A DNA stretch of 64,000 nucleotides from Octopus vulgaris (GCA_951406725.2 OX597818.1:142414001-142478000); one strand, 5' to 3'; shown: positions 24,129 through 36,016, counted from the stretch's first letter. Numbers and translations are program-made. The notes: generated by a model not told the origin, from the letters alone.

Positions 24129-26521
24129 TGCGTGTGTGTGTATGTGTGTGTGTGTGTGTGTATAAAGTGCAGGCATAGATGTGTGGTTAAGATATTTGCT
24201 TCCCAAGCATATACTTTTAGGTTCAATCTCACTGCATGCCACCTTAGGCGAATGTTGTCAGTTTTACCGGCAGGAACTTGATAGATGGAAACTGCATGGA
24301 AGCCTTTCATATTCATAAATATATGTGTGTGTGTGTGTGCGTGTGTTATGTCTACTAGCAGAAACTAGTAAACTGAGTTTTTTTTTTATATCAAAGTTTG
24401 ATTATTCTTTTCTCTTGCTTTATTCATCATTTTTACATTCATTTTTCCCATTTACTTTATGGTATTAGAATCTGTTATGAGCTTGACATTGTTTTACAAA
24501 CTGGATAGATGCCCTTCCTATCACCAACACCACCACTCACTTTACAACATGAATTGAGTACATTTTGTCATACCACCAGTACTAGAGAAGTGGTTTATCA
24601 AGATTAAGTGTCCCTGCTGAGTTTGATTTATCTCTAATATCTCTGGCACAGATGAGATGAAGTCAGACAACATCACTGGCTCCTTAGAAACAGAATCTTT
24701 TCTAGTATTATACAATAAGCAATTTGTGTTTGTCCATTGATGACCAATGAAGGTAATTGTTATGGCTATGTGGTTGAGTTCTGTGCATTTGATGGCTGAT
24801 GAGTTAAATTCTAACATTAAAATAACAGCTATATTGAGGTCAAATATGACCTGTGACTTTATTTGAGATAGTACCTGATTGAGTTTTAAGGAGTTCACAA
24901 TTGGTTTCTGCTGTTTGAATGTCTGTCCCACACAAGTATTTTGCACTTAGAATAAACAATGCTAAACAATCAACACTACAATACAATTAACAAATGACAG
25001 ACAATTAACAATCAACAATTCTGAATTAACAGAATTGTCCAAAAAAATGAAAACAACAAAAACAAAATGAGAAAAATACAAAAGTAAAAATGTATAACAA
25101 AATTATTTAATAGATAATTTGAAGTTTCTAAAGATAAAGGATAAATATTCAGAATGAATTTGGTTATTTGTATTGTAACATCTTTATTTAGAAAATATTT
25201 ATGACTCAACCAAAGTAACATTCTTTTGCTAAGAAGTTTCCCTGATTTCAATTCCTTCTACTTTTCTTATTTCATTTTATTTTTTTTTTTTTTTACATTT
25301 TGTTTTTCAAGTTATTCAAGTATTTGATGTAATCTGGAAACATAAGGCGGGTAACATTCTTTTTCAGAATGTTAGGTGTTATGTCAGAAGCCAAGGAGAA
25401 AAATGAAAATGAAATTAAAAAAAAAAAAAGATGGAAATAGAAAGAGAATCAAGTTGTACAATTGCAACATACTTTTACACATTTTAATTCACATTCATAA
25501 ATCCATGGAAACGTAATAATGCACAGACATTACATATTCATATTTGTACATTTATGTAGAAATATAAAATTACACATAAGTACACTACAAAGAATTTTAT
25601 ATTGGATGAAGGTCAACTCAAACAATTGTTTATCTAAGATCAATTGAATACCAGTAATATATTTGCATAAATATTGACACTGAGGTGGTAGAGCAATGAC
25701 ATTCTCTGCTTAGAAGTAGTAGAAAAATACTTATAAGCAAATATCATTAAGTGAAGATTTTTTTTTTTAATGAATACCGTATTATATTTATGTGTTAGAA
25801 AAAAGAAGAGTAACCATCTATGTCTTTAATTTGTTCCAGTTAATGGAATTTTATTTGTTCTAATCAATGCAGGGACATTGTTTTGAAGAGTTTAACAATC
25901 AACAATTCTGAATTTACAGAATTATCCTAAAAAATTTGAAATCCTAGATGAGTTCATGTTACAGCAGGCGTTACAAATAAGAGCACCCTTATTCAACAAA
26001 TTAAGCCCAGTACATATTTAAAAACTTGATACATACTCTATCATTCACTTTTGCCAAACCACTGAGTTACAGGGACATAAACAAACTTGCACCAGTCCTC
26101 AAGTGAGGGGACAAACACAAACAAATATACATACATGCACACACACACATCATATATATATATATTTATTTAGAAAATATTTATGACTCAACCAAAGTAA
26201 CATTCTTTTGCTAAGAAACTTCACTGATTTAAATTCCTTCTACTTTTCTTATTTTAATTTTTGGGATCACCACTACTTTATTATCTCCCCTTCTTCCTAG
26301 CTCTCCTGTATGACCCTTCCAGAATTCACCATGATAGATTGCTAGCCACTACACATTCTATATTTTCTCTCCTTGTTTCTTTCAGTGTTCGTTTCTGTGG
26401 AAGAGCGTAGGCTGGAAACGTTAAAGACTTTTTCACTTCTTGAGCATTAAACTAATACATCTGTTTGTTGTCTACACCACCTGTCTTCGTCTTTTTTTTT
26501 TTTTGTGAATTTTCCCTATAT

Positions 26522-26554
<33 letters not shown>

Positions 26555-26991
26555 CGTGTGTGTGTGTGTGTTCGCGTGTGCGTGTGTGTGTGTGTATGTA
26601 TGTTTCTCATGGGCTCCTTTCAGTTTCTACCTACCAAATTCATTCAGAAAGCTTTAGGTAGCCTGGGTCGATAATAGAAACCACTTGCCCAAGGTAAAAT
26701 AATAAGCACTGCAGTGTGCTTATAAGAATTGCTCTTTGACCACTTGTTTCAGGTTCAGTCTTCAGTCCTGTTATGTGCTAATTTAGATAGAGTCAGGTCA
26801 ACCAGTGCCTTATGAAGGAATTTGGTAAATAAAAACAGTGGGACACCTGTTTTATATGTATAATATATATATATATATATATAAATATATATATGGTTGT
26901 GCGGGTGCGCATGTGTAGGTATGGACATGTGTGTTTACGCGAATACTATGAACATTTTTACTCCCTTACCTTTACTAGCATTTTTCCAATG

Positions 26992-27059
26992 GCCAGATAA
27001 CTGAAGAGATGGCAGCATGGGTTTCCACCCCAATGTCCGAAACTGAGATTTATCATGGC
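26992..27059 (+). ncRNA. Degenerate type I hammerhead candidate
   Basis: GCCA-GATAA-CTGAAGA...CC-GAAA-CTGAG-AT-TTATC-A-TGGC. Helix I is intact; helices II and III are decayed. Confidence 0.5.
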
Positions 27060-27343
27060 TACCGAATAATTGTCACATATATTATACTTACAGATAAATT
27101 CCTCTATTTACATAATATCGAGGTCTCTTTCATTCTTTTCTTGTCTTACCATTTCTATCAACCGTTAATGCTTCTGTATTTCATGTTTCTGTATTCCATT
27201 ATTGTTTTTTGTTTTTTTATATTCGTCCCTTTTGCTGTCCTGGTGTTCGTATGCATTCGATCCTTCTTCCAGGAAATCTACGCTCCCAGCTTAGTTTTTC
27301 TAATGCTCGTTGCTTAGTTTTTCTTGGAGGGCTGGCCGTGATC

Positions 27344-27411
27344 TAGTAATCTCAAGATTAATCAGCCGAAATTACTACGATGATCCGGTTCTTGACTGAA
27401 GACTGAGGGTT
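27344..27411 (+). ncRNA. Non-circularly permuted hammerhead candidate
   Basis: TAGTAAT-C-TCAAGA / AGCC-GAA-ATTACTA / TCTTGA-CTGAAGA-ctgag-GGTT. Helix III is 7 bp, helix I is 6 bp, and the cleavage triplet is AUC. Confidence 0.6.
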
Positions 27412-27489
27412 TCGAATGTCCTGTCCGTGTTTATTGTATCGTCTTCTAAGAGTTATACGTTCTTGTCCATGTTGTATTTTTCTACATAC

Positions 27490-27528
<39 letters not shown>

Positions 27529-27531
<3 letters not shown>

Positions 27532-27915
27532 CACTGGATTAACCATTAAGCAAATGTTTACAACATCAAAGAAAGTACGTCACCACACACATGGTAAACT
27601 TGCTAAAATAATATTCAAAGTGGTTTATATGATTGGAAATATAATTTATAATTTATATAAGTTCATGGTACCATAGTGAGAATCTGACCAAAGGCTTTAC
27701 AATTAAAAGAAGTAGGAAAAAACTTTTCAAATATAAATAAAGTGGAAGTATACAAAAGTAAACATTATTTCCACCTTACTGTTAGTTTACCTTTATTTTG
27801 AAAAACAAAAATTTATTTTATGGTTTATTATTGGTTATATTTTGCATTACACAAATAAGGAGGCACCAAATTATTTTATGTGCTTAGGGTTTCTAAGGGT
27901 CATAATCCAACCCTG
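27529..27915. mobile_element. Possible hAT-type MITE
   Basis: Imperfect TIRs CAGCACTGGATTA and TAATCCAACCCTG. Confidence 0.4.
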
Positions 27916-28095
27916 TGTATGTATACATCTGGAATAAAAACATGAAAACACATATGGATTGGTAATAGAAATTACGAAGAAGAGCAGCTTTATCCAACTC
28001 GCTTCTTCACCAAAAACAATATAGAAAGGAGACTCCAAAACACTGAAAGGCAGTGCTCCAGTATGGCCCCAGTCTCTGACTGAAACCAGGTAAAA

Positions 28096-28134
<39 letters not shown>

Positions 28135-28139
28135 CATAA

Positions 28140-28795
28140 ATCAGAAATGGAAAAACAAAACAATAAATTGAACAATTATAAATTCAATTCAATTTAAATA
28201 TTTTACACAAACGAATGACACATCTCATAAATTACACAGCTGTTTCCACTTCATTAATAAAACAAAGTTTTTCAAGAATAATCAAATCTGTTTAAATATG
28301 TAATGATGCTTCATCAGATTGACATACCTTCATAAACATTTGATGAAAAATATCAAATGAAAATATTTATAATTTCTAAACTTTTACAAAGACGCTATAT
28401 AAGGACAAACTTAATCATAAATACGTAAATAATCTAACTGAAATTTTGTAAATTCATAACTTTAAATCTATAACTATTCCATTCTATAACTGATTTATTT
28501 GCACAATACAGACGTTTATGTATACACATATATAAATATATAAAACATCTACCTATTTTATACATTACATTATTCTTGTAATTTACTTAATCTTTACTTT
28601 TTAATTGTTATTTTAATTTTAACTTTTCTATTATATGTAATTTTCTAGATGGTGTAATTAAATTATTCATTTTGAACTGATAAAAGGTGGGTTTTTTTCT
28701 AATATCTTATATATATTATATTGTGTGGAATTTGATTTAGTATTTCTAAATTGAATTCTTTTTCCTTGTAAGTTTGGATTTTATTCCCTCAAATA

Positions 28796-28800
<5 letters not shown>
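28140..28800. mobile_element. Decayed PLE terminal-repeat insertion between (TA)n tracts
   Basis: The right end TTCCTTGTAAGTTTGGATTTTATTCCCT matches the tails at 7200-7240 and 52808-52835. HHR-like motif on the minus strand at 28229-28322. Confidence 0.55.
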
Positions 28801-28859
<59 letters not shown>

Positions 28860-29287
28860 ACATATATCTATTTTTTACAATTTACATGCATATAAAATTC
28901 ATACACACGTATCTATTTATGTTACAACACTATTTTATATATATTAATTCAAAACTAGATATTTTTAATTTGACCATTAGAATACGGGGGAGATAACTAT
29001 TTTTCCATTTATAGTGACAAAACAAAAAAAAAACAAAATCAATTTGATAGTCAACGAAAAAATCCATTTAAATATATAAGTACAACAAAAACAAAGTAAT
29101 ACAATACAAACGAAATGTCCCACATACTAACAACAAGCCCAAACAACAAATTAAATAAGATAAATGCATTATATTTACATTTATACCTCATTATTTCTTT
29201 ACTGACATACATATATACATATAAATACATATTAAGTTTTTTAATGCACATATATACACACTTATGCAAAAATACATCAATGCACAT

Positions 29288-29476
29288 ATCATCATCATCA
29301 TCATCATCGTTTAACGTCCGTTTTCCGCGCTAGCACGGGTTGGACGGTTTCGACCAGGGTCTGGGGAGCTAGGGACTGCCCCAGGCTCCAGTCTAGTCTG
29401 GCAGTGTTTCTACAGCTGGATGCCCTTCCTAACGCCAACCACTCCGCGAGTGTAGTGGGTGTTTTTTACGTGCCAA
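29288..29476 (-). mobile_element. SINE family C
   Basis: (ATC)n-GTTTAACGTCCG...GCCCTTCCTAACGCCAACCACTCC...TTTTTACGTGCCA. Confidence 0.85.
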
Positions 29477-29937
29477 TATGCACATATATATACACACACA
29501 CAAATATATATATGTATATATATACACATATACATATATACTTCTATACACATTTATATATTTTAAATGAGATAAATACGCTATATCCTCATATATAGCA
29601 CATTATCCATTCACTCGTATATATATATTACATATCGATACATATAAACAAAACAAGAAAAAAAAAGCGATGTCATCTCTAAAGATACATGTAAAAATAA
29701 AGTCTATACACACTTCAAATCAAAGTAATATCAATATAAACAAAAGGCTCCAAATATGAACATTGAGCCCAATAACCAATTATAGATGATAAATACTCTG
29801 TATCTACTTGTATATACACTTTATGGGCAACTATCTGGGTGCATTATTATTATTACTATTATTATTATAATTATTATTATTATTATTATATATACCCATA
29901 TACACATATATATATACATACATACATATAGACATGC

Positions 29938-29968
<31 letters not shown>

Positions 29969-29981
29969 ATACATACATACA

Positions 29982-30162
29982 CCGGTGGCACATAAAAAGC
30001 ACCCACTACACTCACGGTTTAGGAAGGGCATCCAGCCGTAGAAACATTGCCAGATCAGACTGGGCCTGGTGCAGCCTTCTGGTTTCCCAGACCCCAGTTG
30101 AACCGTCCAACCCATGCCAGCATGGAAAGCGGACGCTAAACGAAGATGATGATGATGATGAT
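29982..30162 (+). mobile_element. SINE family C
   Basis: GGTGGCACATAAAAAGCACCC...GGAAAGCGGACGCTAAACG-(GAT)n. Confidence 0.85.
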
Positions 30163-30352
30163 ACACCATATATATATATACACATATATATATACATATA
30201 CACACACATATACACATGCTTATACATCATCATGCACATATACATATGCACACCCTTATACACACAGTCTTACATATATACATATATACTCATACACAGC
30301 TTCACATATGTACCTACATAAACATATATATATAAACACCAATACAGCTATA

Positions 30353-30399
<47 letters not shown>

Positions 30400-31482
30400 A
30401 CCAATACAGCTATACTTATATATATATATATATATATATATATACTCCTTTATATATATACCTATATACATATCCATTCAGATATATGCACCATCATATA
30501 TACACAAAGACTTTCACATATATAGATGTATACCACTTCCCATAATAAACAAATAAGTAAATATCTATACCCAGTTATACACATATGCATATGTATACAC
30601 ACACACACATATATTCACCTATATGTATAGGGACCTAGATATATCATCAATAAGTTCCTATTTGTATACTCACATCTTTATAATGGGGAAATATTAATTA
30701 AGTTCTATTATAATTTTAATTATAAGAGTTGTTAATTTACTATACAATAGCTAAAGATACCTATTATGAGGTCTCAAAATGACAGTCCATTAATAATAAC
30801 TATACTTTTTAAAAAATCATTTATATCTAGTAAATACATATTTGCTTTTATGTAGACAAGAAATATTTGTTCCATCCCTCAGCTCAAGTAAAGGAAATGT
30901 TGCCATTAAAATAAATAATTTCTCATTAAAACAAAGAAGGCACTTCTTATTACTTATACAGTAACTAGGTGCAGCCACCAAGATATCCCATTTGAGATTA
31001 AAATTAATTTCTTTATCTTTAAATTCCCAAATGTATTTACTTTGACCTGTTGAATTCTGTCGTTTCCTATTCTGAAATATATATAAATGTGTTGAAAGAC
31101 GCTTCTTCATTTCATTTTTAGTTGTTCCAATATAAATATATTTATCATCAATTTCTGTGGTAACTTTATATTGATATACTACATTATTTAATTTACATAA
31201 ATTTTTAACCATACAGCTTTATATTGGTTGAGGAAGAGGCTTTAGATGTAGCTGGTTTCTGATCATTCTTAATAATATTATGTTTATTAATGAAATACCT
31301 TGTAGTATTACTACTAATATCACCAACATTGGCCCTGGCATTAGGGGAGTTATTATTAACACATTCTCTATTTGAATAAAATAAATCTAATTCTTTATTA
31401 TTTACAGAAGCTATAATAGTAGCCAAGTTATGAGTTAAACTATATCCTATATTTATTTTTTTATTGTTAATAATTTCATAAT

Positions 31483-31772
31483 ATTCGTGTCCGTTGCCAG
31501 CATCGCCTGGCCCCGTGCCGGTGACACGTAAAAGCACCGTCCGTTCGTGGCCGTTTGCCAGCTCTGTCTGGCACCTGTGCAGGTGGCACGTAAAAAGCAC
31601 CCACTACACTCACGGAATGGTTGGCATTAGGAAGGGCATCCAGCCGTAGAAACACTGCCAGATCTGACTGGGCCTGACGAAGCCTTCCAGCTTCACAGAC
31701 CCCAGTTGAACCGTCCAACCCATGCTAGCATGGAAAGCGGACGCTAAATGATGATGATGATGATGATGATGA
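31483..31772 (+). mobile_element. SINE family C with internal tandem units, nested in the PLE
   Basis: Two GCCAG..CTGGC..GTGC..GCACGTAAAAGCAC units, then the family-C tail with (GAT)n. Confidence 0.88.
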
Positions 31773-31880
31773 TTGAAATGCTTATTAATTAGCCTATAAA
31801 TACATTTCATCAAATTAGTTTTTTATTTGCATGACATATGGGATTATAAGCCATATTATTAGTATCTACTTTATTATTGC

Positions 31881-32188
31881 AGCGTGGAAGGTGTTTATAA
31901 GCCATTTAAGAAACACACAAAACCGTTAGATTCACTTCAATATTTAAATTTAATTCATGCTGCATCTTCGTGCTGCATCTCTAAGATGCAGCACAAAGTT
32001 TTGTCAGTAAACACGTCGTGGTCTCAAAGCGACAAAAATATTTTGACAAATTAAATTTAAATGTTGAAGTGAATCTAATGGTTTTGTGTTTCTTAAATGG
32101 CTTATAAATACCTTCCATGCTGCAATTGTTTTCGTTCCAGCACACAATCTCAGATCAAGTCACTCGCTATGCAAGTACATCTCCGTAA
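31881..32188 (+). mobile_element. Short palindromic PLE-type insertion with 14-bp TSD
   Basis: TACTTTATTATTGC at 31867-31880 and 32189-32202. Inverted arms at 31876-31955 and 32049-32126, then an unpaired tail of about 60 bp. Confidence 0.8.
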
Positions 32189-32761
32189 TACTTTATTATT
32201 GCTGAAATTACTAAAATTATTTTCATTCATTAACTAGATGTTATTTTTAATTTCATTTGGTTTCTTTACATATCTATTATTTTTATTATTATCATTAGTT
32301 TTTATATCACTATTCCTATTATCAAATTTACTGATTTTATTTATAATATTATCTTGAATATTGGTCTTTATGTCAATTAAATATATCGTCATTATAAGAT
32401 AAATATGAAATTCTCTTACTAATATTATATACTAATGCTTTTTTCATAGAAGGTGGATGATTGCTTTGATAATTTCATCATCATCATCATCATCATTTTA
32501 ATTCATAATTTGGTTTTATATATGGTTCATGCATTCCAGATAATAAATTATAGTTCGTATCCAAGTAATTAATTAAATTATATTCTTTTTCTATAGTTAT
32601 AGGTTGACCAAATCTTTTTAGAAATTTAAATAATCGGGGTTTTTTTATGAGTTCTAGGCATCTATTCGATGCATTCTCAACTACAAATAGTGCATATATA
32701 AATGAAAAAATGTATTGATAAACAAACTGAGTGTTCAACCAGGCAGGAGACAGACACAGAA

Positions 32762-32832
32762 GGTCCCTAATTCTTCATCAGTTATCAACCAGATGGTATT
32801 ATTCAGTTTCGCACCATTAATGATAACACTGA
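32762..32832 (-). ncRNA. Second non-circularly permuted hammerhead candidate (probably inactivated, N17=G)
   Basis: TCAGT-G-TTATCA / GGTGC-GAA-ACTGA / TGATAA-CTGATGA-agaattag-GGACC. Confidence 0.6.
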
Positions 32833-33439
32833 GAACTTCCTATGCTGGCAGTGTCTATGAAAGTTGTGGAGAATATAGGGCCAAGAGCAAACAAAAAGTG
32901 GACATACGAAAGTGGATAAGTGTAATTTAAGACGATGGACAAAGATGAAATAAATAAGCCTCAGGACATAAAAGACAAGAATGGTGGGTAATGCTTAGAA
33001 GGCATCCTAAAGGATTAGAAAACAGCAAATAGCAAGACAGTGAGACACAGAGAATGTATGATCAGTCAGCTATGCAACTGGTGTGAAAAAGGGAGAGAAA
33101 GAAAGAAAAGCTGGTCACAGGTCACGTGTCAGCAGCAGGTAGAGGAGAGAGAGGAAGAGACAAACCGATTGAGAAAGAAAAAAGGGAAGGGATGAAAGGG
33201 AAGAAAGGAGAAAGGCTAGAAATAGAAGTAAGAGGGTGAGAGAGAGAAAAGGAGAAAGAGTGAAGGCAAGAAATGGAGTCTGCAAGGATATATAAAAAAC
33301 TTACTGTTATATATACATATATTTGTAAAAACCATTCTAGCATGGAAAAATCATGTAAAATGAGCGAATGAACAAATAGTAATAAACAAAGTAAATTCTT
33401 GCACTGCTATCAGAATGTAGATTAACTTTAACCCTTTAA

Positions 33440-33659
33440 CCCTTTCGTTGCTGTTTTATTTTGAGATGATCTGTGTTTCTTTCAATTACTTTAACTATAA
33501 CAAAGAATTTAGTAAAATAACTCAGTTATCATTCAATTAGTGTTAGGTATATAAATTACGACTAAGGTTTGGTGGTATATTTTAATGCAAAACTTATGAA
33601 AACAAGACATTTGTATTAGAGAGCCAGAGCTGGTTTTGGCCGGGTTGGTAACGAAAGGG
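33440..33659. mobile_element. piggyBac-type MITE family F (220 bp), nested in a family-E MITE
   Basis: TTAA-CCCTTTCGTTG...GTAACGAAAGGG-TTAA. Reverse-orientation homolog of 43125-43344. Confidence 0.85.
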
Positions 33660-34479
33660 TTAACATTTTAACCAACCACATCCTGTCAAAATATTTTATT
33701 TATTTTATATTCAAACCAGCCACATCTCTCACAGCAATATCACTCTAAAAATAAGCAATCACATCACTGAAATCTTGAAACTTCAAGACAATGCATGATT
33801 AATTCAAAACAATGAATTACATTTGACAAACTAATCTGAATACTAAAAGGTTAAGCATTGACTGAATGTTGTCGTCTAACTTATCTTCATATACCAATGA
33901 CAAACTTCATCTTTACTTAGAGTTCTCTAATGCAATTTAAGACTATGATCAATGTGGTAAACATACCAAAATAAGCTAATAACATGGTTACTAGTCTCCA
34001 GACTATAATGCCTAAAATGATGAGATACCAGTTTACACAAACACACACATTATATATAGCATTTAGAGAAGTACAACTGTAAGGAAACACCAATGTACAA
34101 CTACGTACACAATCAACCCATGCTTCATGGAACATGTGTACTAAATAATGGTGACAATGATAATGAAATAGACTGATAAATAACTGAAAAATTTAACTCA
34201 GAATTAGAATTTAAGAACCTTCAGCTTCAAATAAAAATTATGTGTGTATGTATATAAAAGATATGAAAATTTTTTGTCAGAGTGTTCTCAAACTAATAGG
34301 TATGTGCTCTGAGCACTCAAATTTATAGATATGGCACTAAAATTCTGGTTTGAACGCAGTTGAAAATGTGATTTTGTGACTGCCTTTCTAGCTGCTAGAA
34401 GTGGCTTTCCCTTGAGCCAGTGGGTGTAGATTAAAGCAGGAAATAAAAGGCAAACAGTTTGGTAAAACTTGACAAGGAC

Positions 34480-35373
34480 ATTTAATTTAGCGATATGATA
34501 AAAGATTTACATAGTCTCTATTTGCTGTTTCTAGAATATCCAAGCTATTGGATATTGGAGTGAGGATTCCATAGGCCAGGTATTCCATCATTGAGTCTGA
34601 GGCCGTGCGGGTAGATAAATGGAGGCATTACATCACCATCACTAGTGATCACTCCAAACACTATGATGTCGACTGGATGTTTGATTTTTGTCACTCTCAG
34701 TACATGTTTTGGGGACACGGCAAGTCAATGGTTGTTCTGTGTGTTCACCATCTGGCAGAAATTTTTCTCATCTGAGAAAAACCAAAGTTGGTAGGGACGG
34801 ATACTTGAATTTGTTCAAAAGCTTCATTGTGTGATCTTTCCTCTTGCCTTCGATGGCTTGGGATAAAAATTGACCCTTTCTCATCTTGTATGAGGAATAC
34901 TGAATGTCTTCATGTGCTACTTGCCTGATAAAAAACTCAGACACTCCCATATCCCTCGTGATGGACCTGATTGACTTGGAGGGATCGTTGACAATCATGG
35001 CCCGGATCTCGCCAACAAATTCAGAAGTTCTTTTCTATCGGAATGATCAGAGTGAGTTTTCAGAGCTGTCATACCTTCATAATCACCATTAGACTCATCC
35101 AACTATTTCCGAATCCTCTGCACTCTCCTAAGATTTACACCCAAACACTCTGAAATGTTCATATTGGAGCTTCCCGCTGGAATGCCAAACAGTACAGCAT
35201 ATCATTTCCAAATTTCTGGCAGAGTGAATTGTGCCATGGTGCTTGCTTTTTTTTCTCACAGACAGTACCCAACTGACTCTACTGTACTGTGTACTCAACA
35301 AAATCAAAAACAAGCAAAGCACATTCATGAAATTAAAAATATAAAATGGTGACAATTTACCCAGCATCCCCTG
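34480..35373 (-). mobile_element. Tc1/mariner (maT/DD37D-like) transposase remnant
   Basis: NDPSKSIRSITRDMGVSEFFIRQ (helix-turn-helix), FSDEK and VFGVITSDGDVMPPF. End CAGGGGATGCTGGGTAAATTGTC. Left boundary approximate. Confidence 0.8.
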
Positions 35374-35417
35374 TGTGTATGTGCGTGTGTTTGTGTGTGT
35401 GTGTGTGTGTGTGTACA

Positions 35418-35840
35418 CAGGCATGGCTGTGTGGTAAGAAGCTTGCTTTCCAACTACATAGTTCTGAGTTCATTCCCACTGCATGGCACCTTGAGCAAGT
35501 GTCTTCTACTGTAGCTTTGATTGACCAAAGCCTTGTGAGCGGATTTCTTAGAAGGAAACTGAAAGAAGCTCATCATGTGTGTGTGTGTGTGAGTGTGTAT
35601 GCGTGTGTGTGTGTGTGAGTGTGTATGCGTGTGTGTGTGTGTGTGTGTGTGTGTCTATGCATCTATGTTCATCAGCCTCATCAATTTACAACTGGTGTTA
35701 GTGTGTTTATGTCCCAGTAACTTAGCAGTTCAGCTGAAGAGAGCAATAATAGAAGTATTAGGCTTTAAAAATATGGCCTGGGGTTGATTAATTTGACTAA
35801 AACCCTTCAAGGTGGTGCTCCAGCATGACTGAAACAAGAT
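35418..35840 (+). mobile_element. SINE family A, diverged
   Basis: GGCATGGCTGTGTGGTAAGAAGCTTGC...GGTGGTGCTCCAGCATGACTGAAAC. Confidence 0.8.
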
Positions 35841-35874
35841 ATATATATATATACACACTTTTACAGACATGTGT

Positions 35875-35950
<76 letters not shown>

Positions 35951-36016
35951 GCATTCACACACATCGTGCTCCAGCACAGCTACAGTCAACTGACTGGAAC
36001 AAATAAAAGATTACAT

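Larger units (their letters stand above)
30817..32715 (-). mobile_element. Penelope-like (Neptune-type) retroelement remnant: RT C-terminus, linker and GIY-YIG endonuclease
   Basis: GQPITIEKEYNLINYLD...EPYIKPN, QSNHPPSMKK, LINKHFN, INIGYSLTHNLATII, then VVY...YIGTT...KRLSTH...ST..SKYIW...KWDIL...KKCLLCFNEK...SCLHKSK. Broken by frameshifts and nested insertions. Confidence 0.9.

Noticed and set aside
24542-24946. 134-aa non-repetitive minus-strand ORF
   Set aside because: No recognisable domain or splice sites; CVGQT is only faintly GIY-YIG-like.
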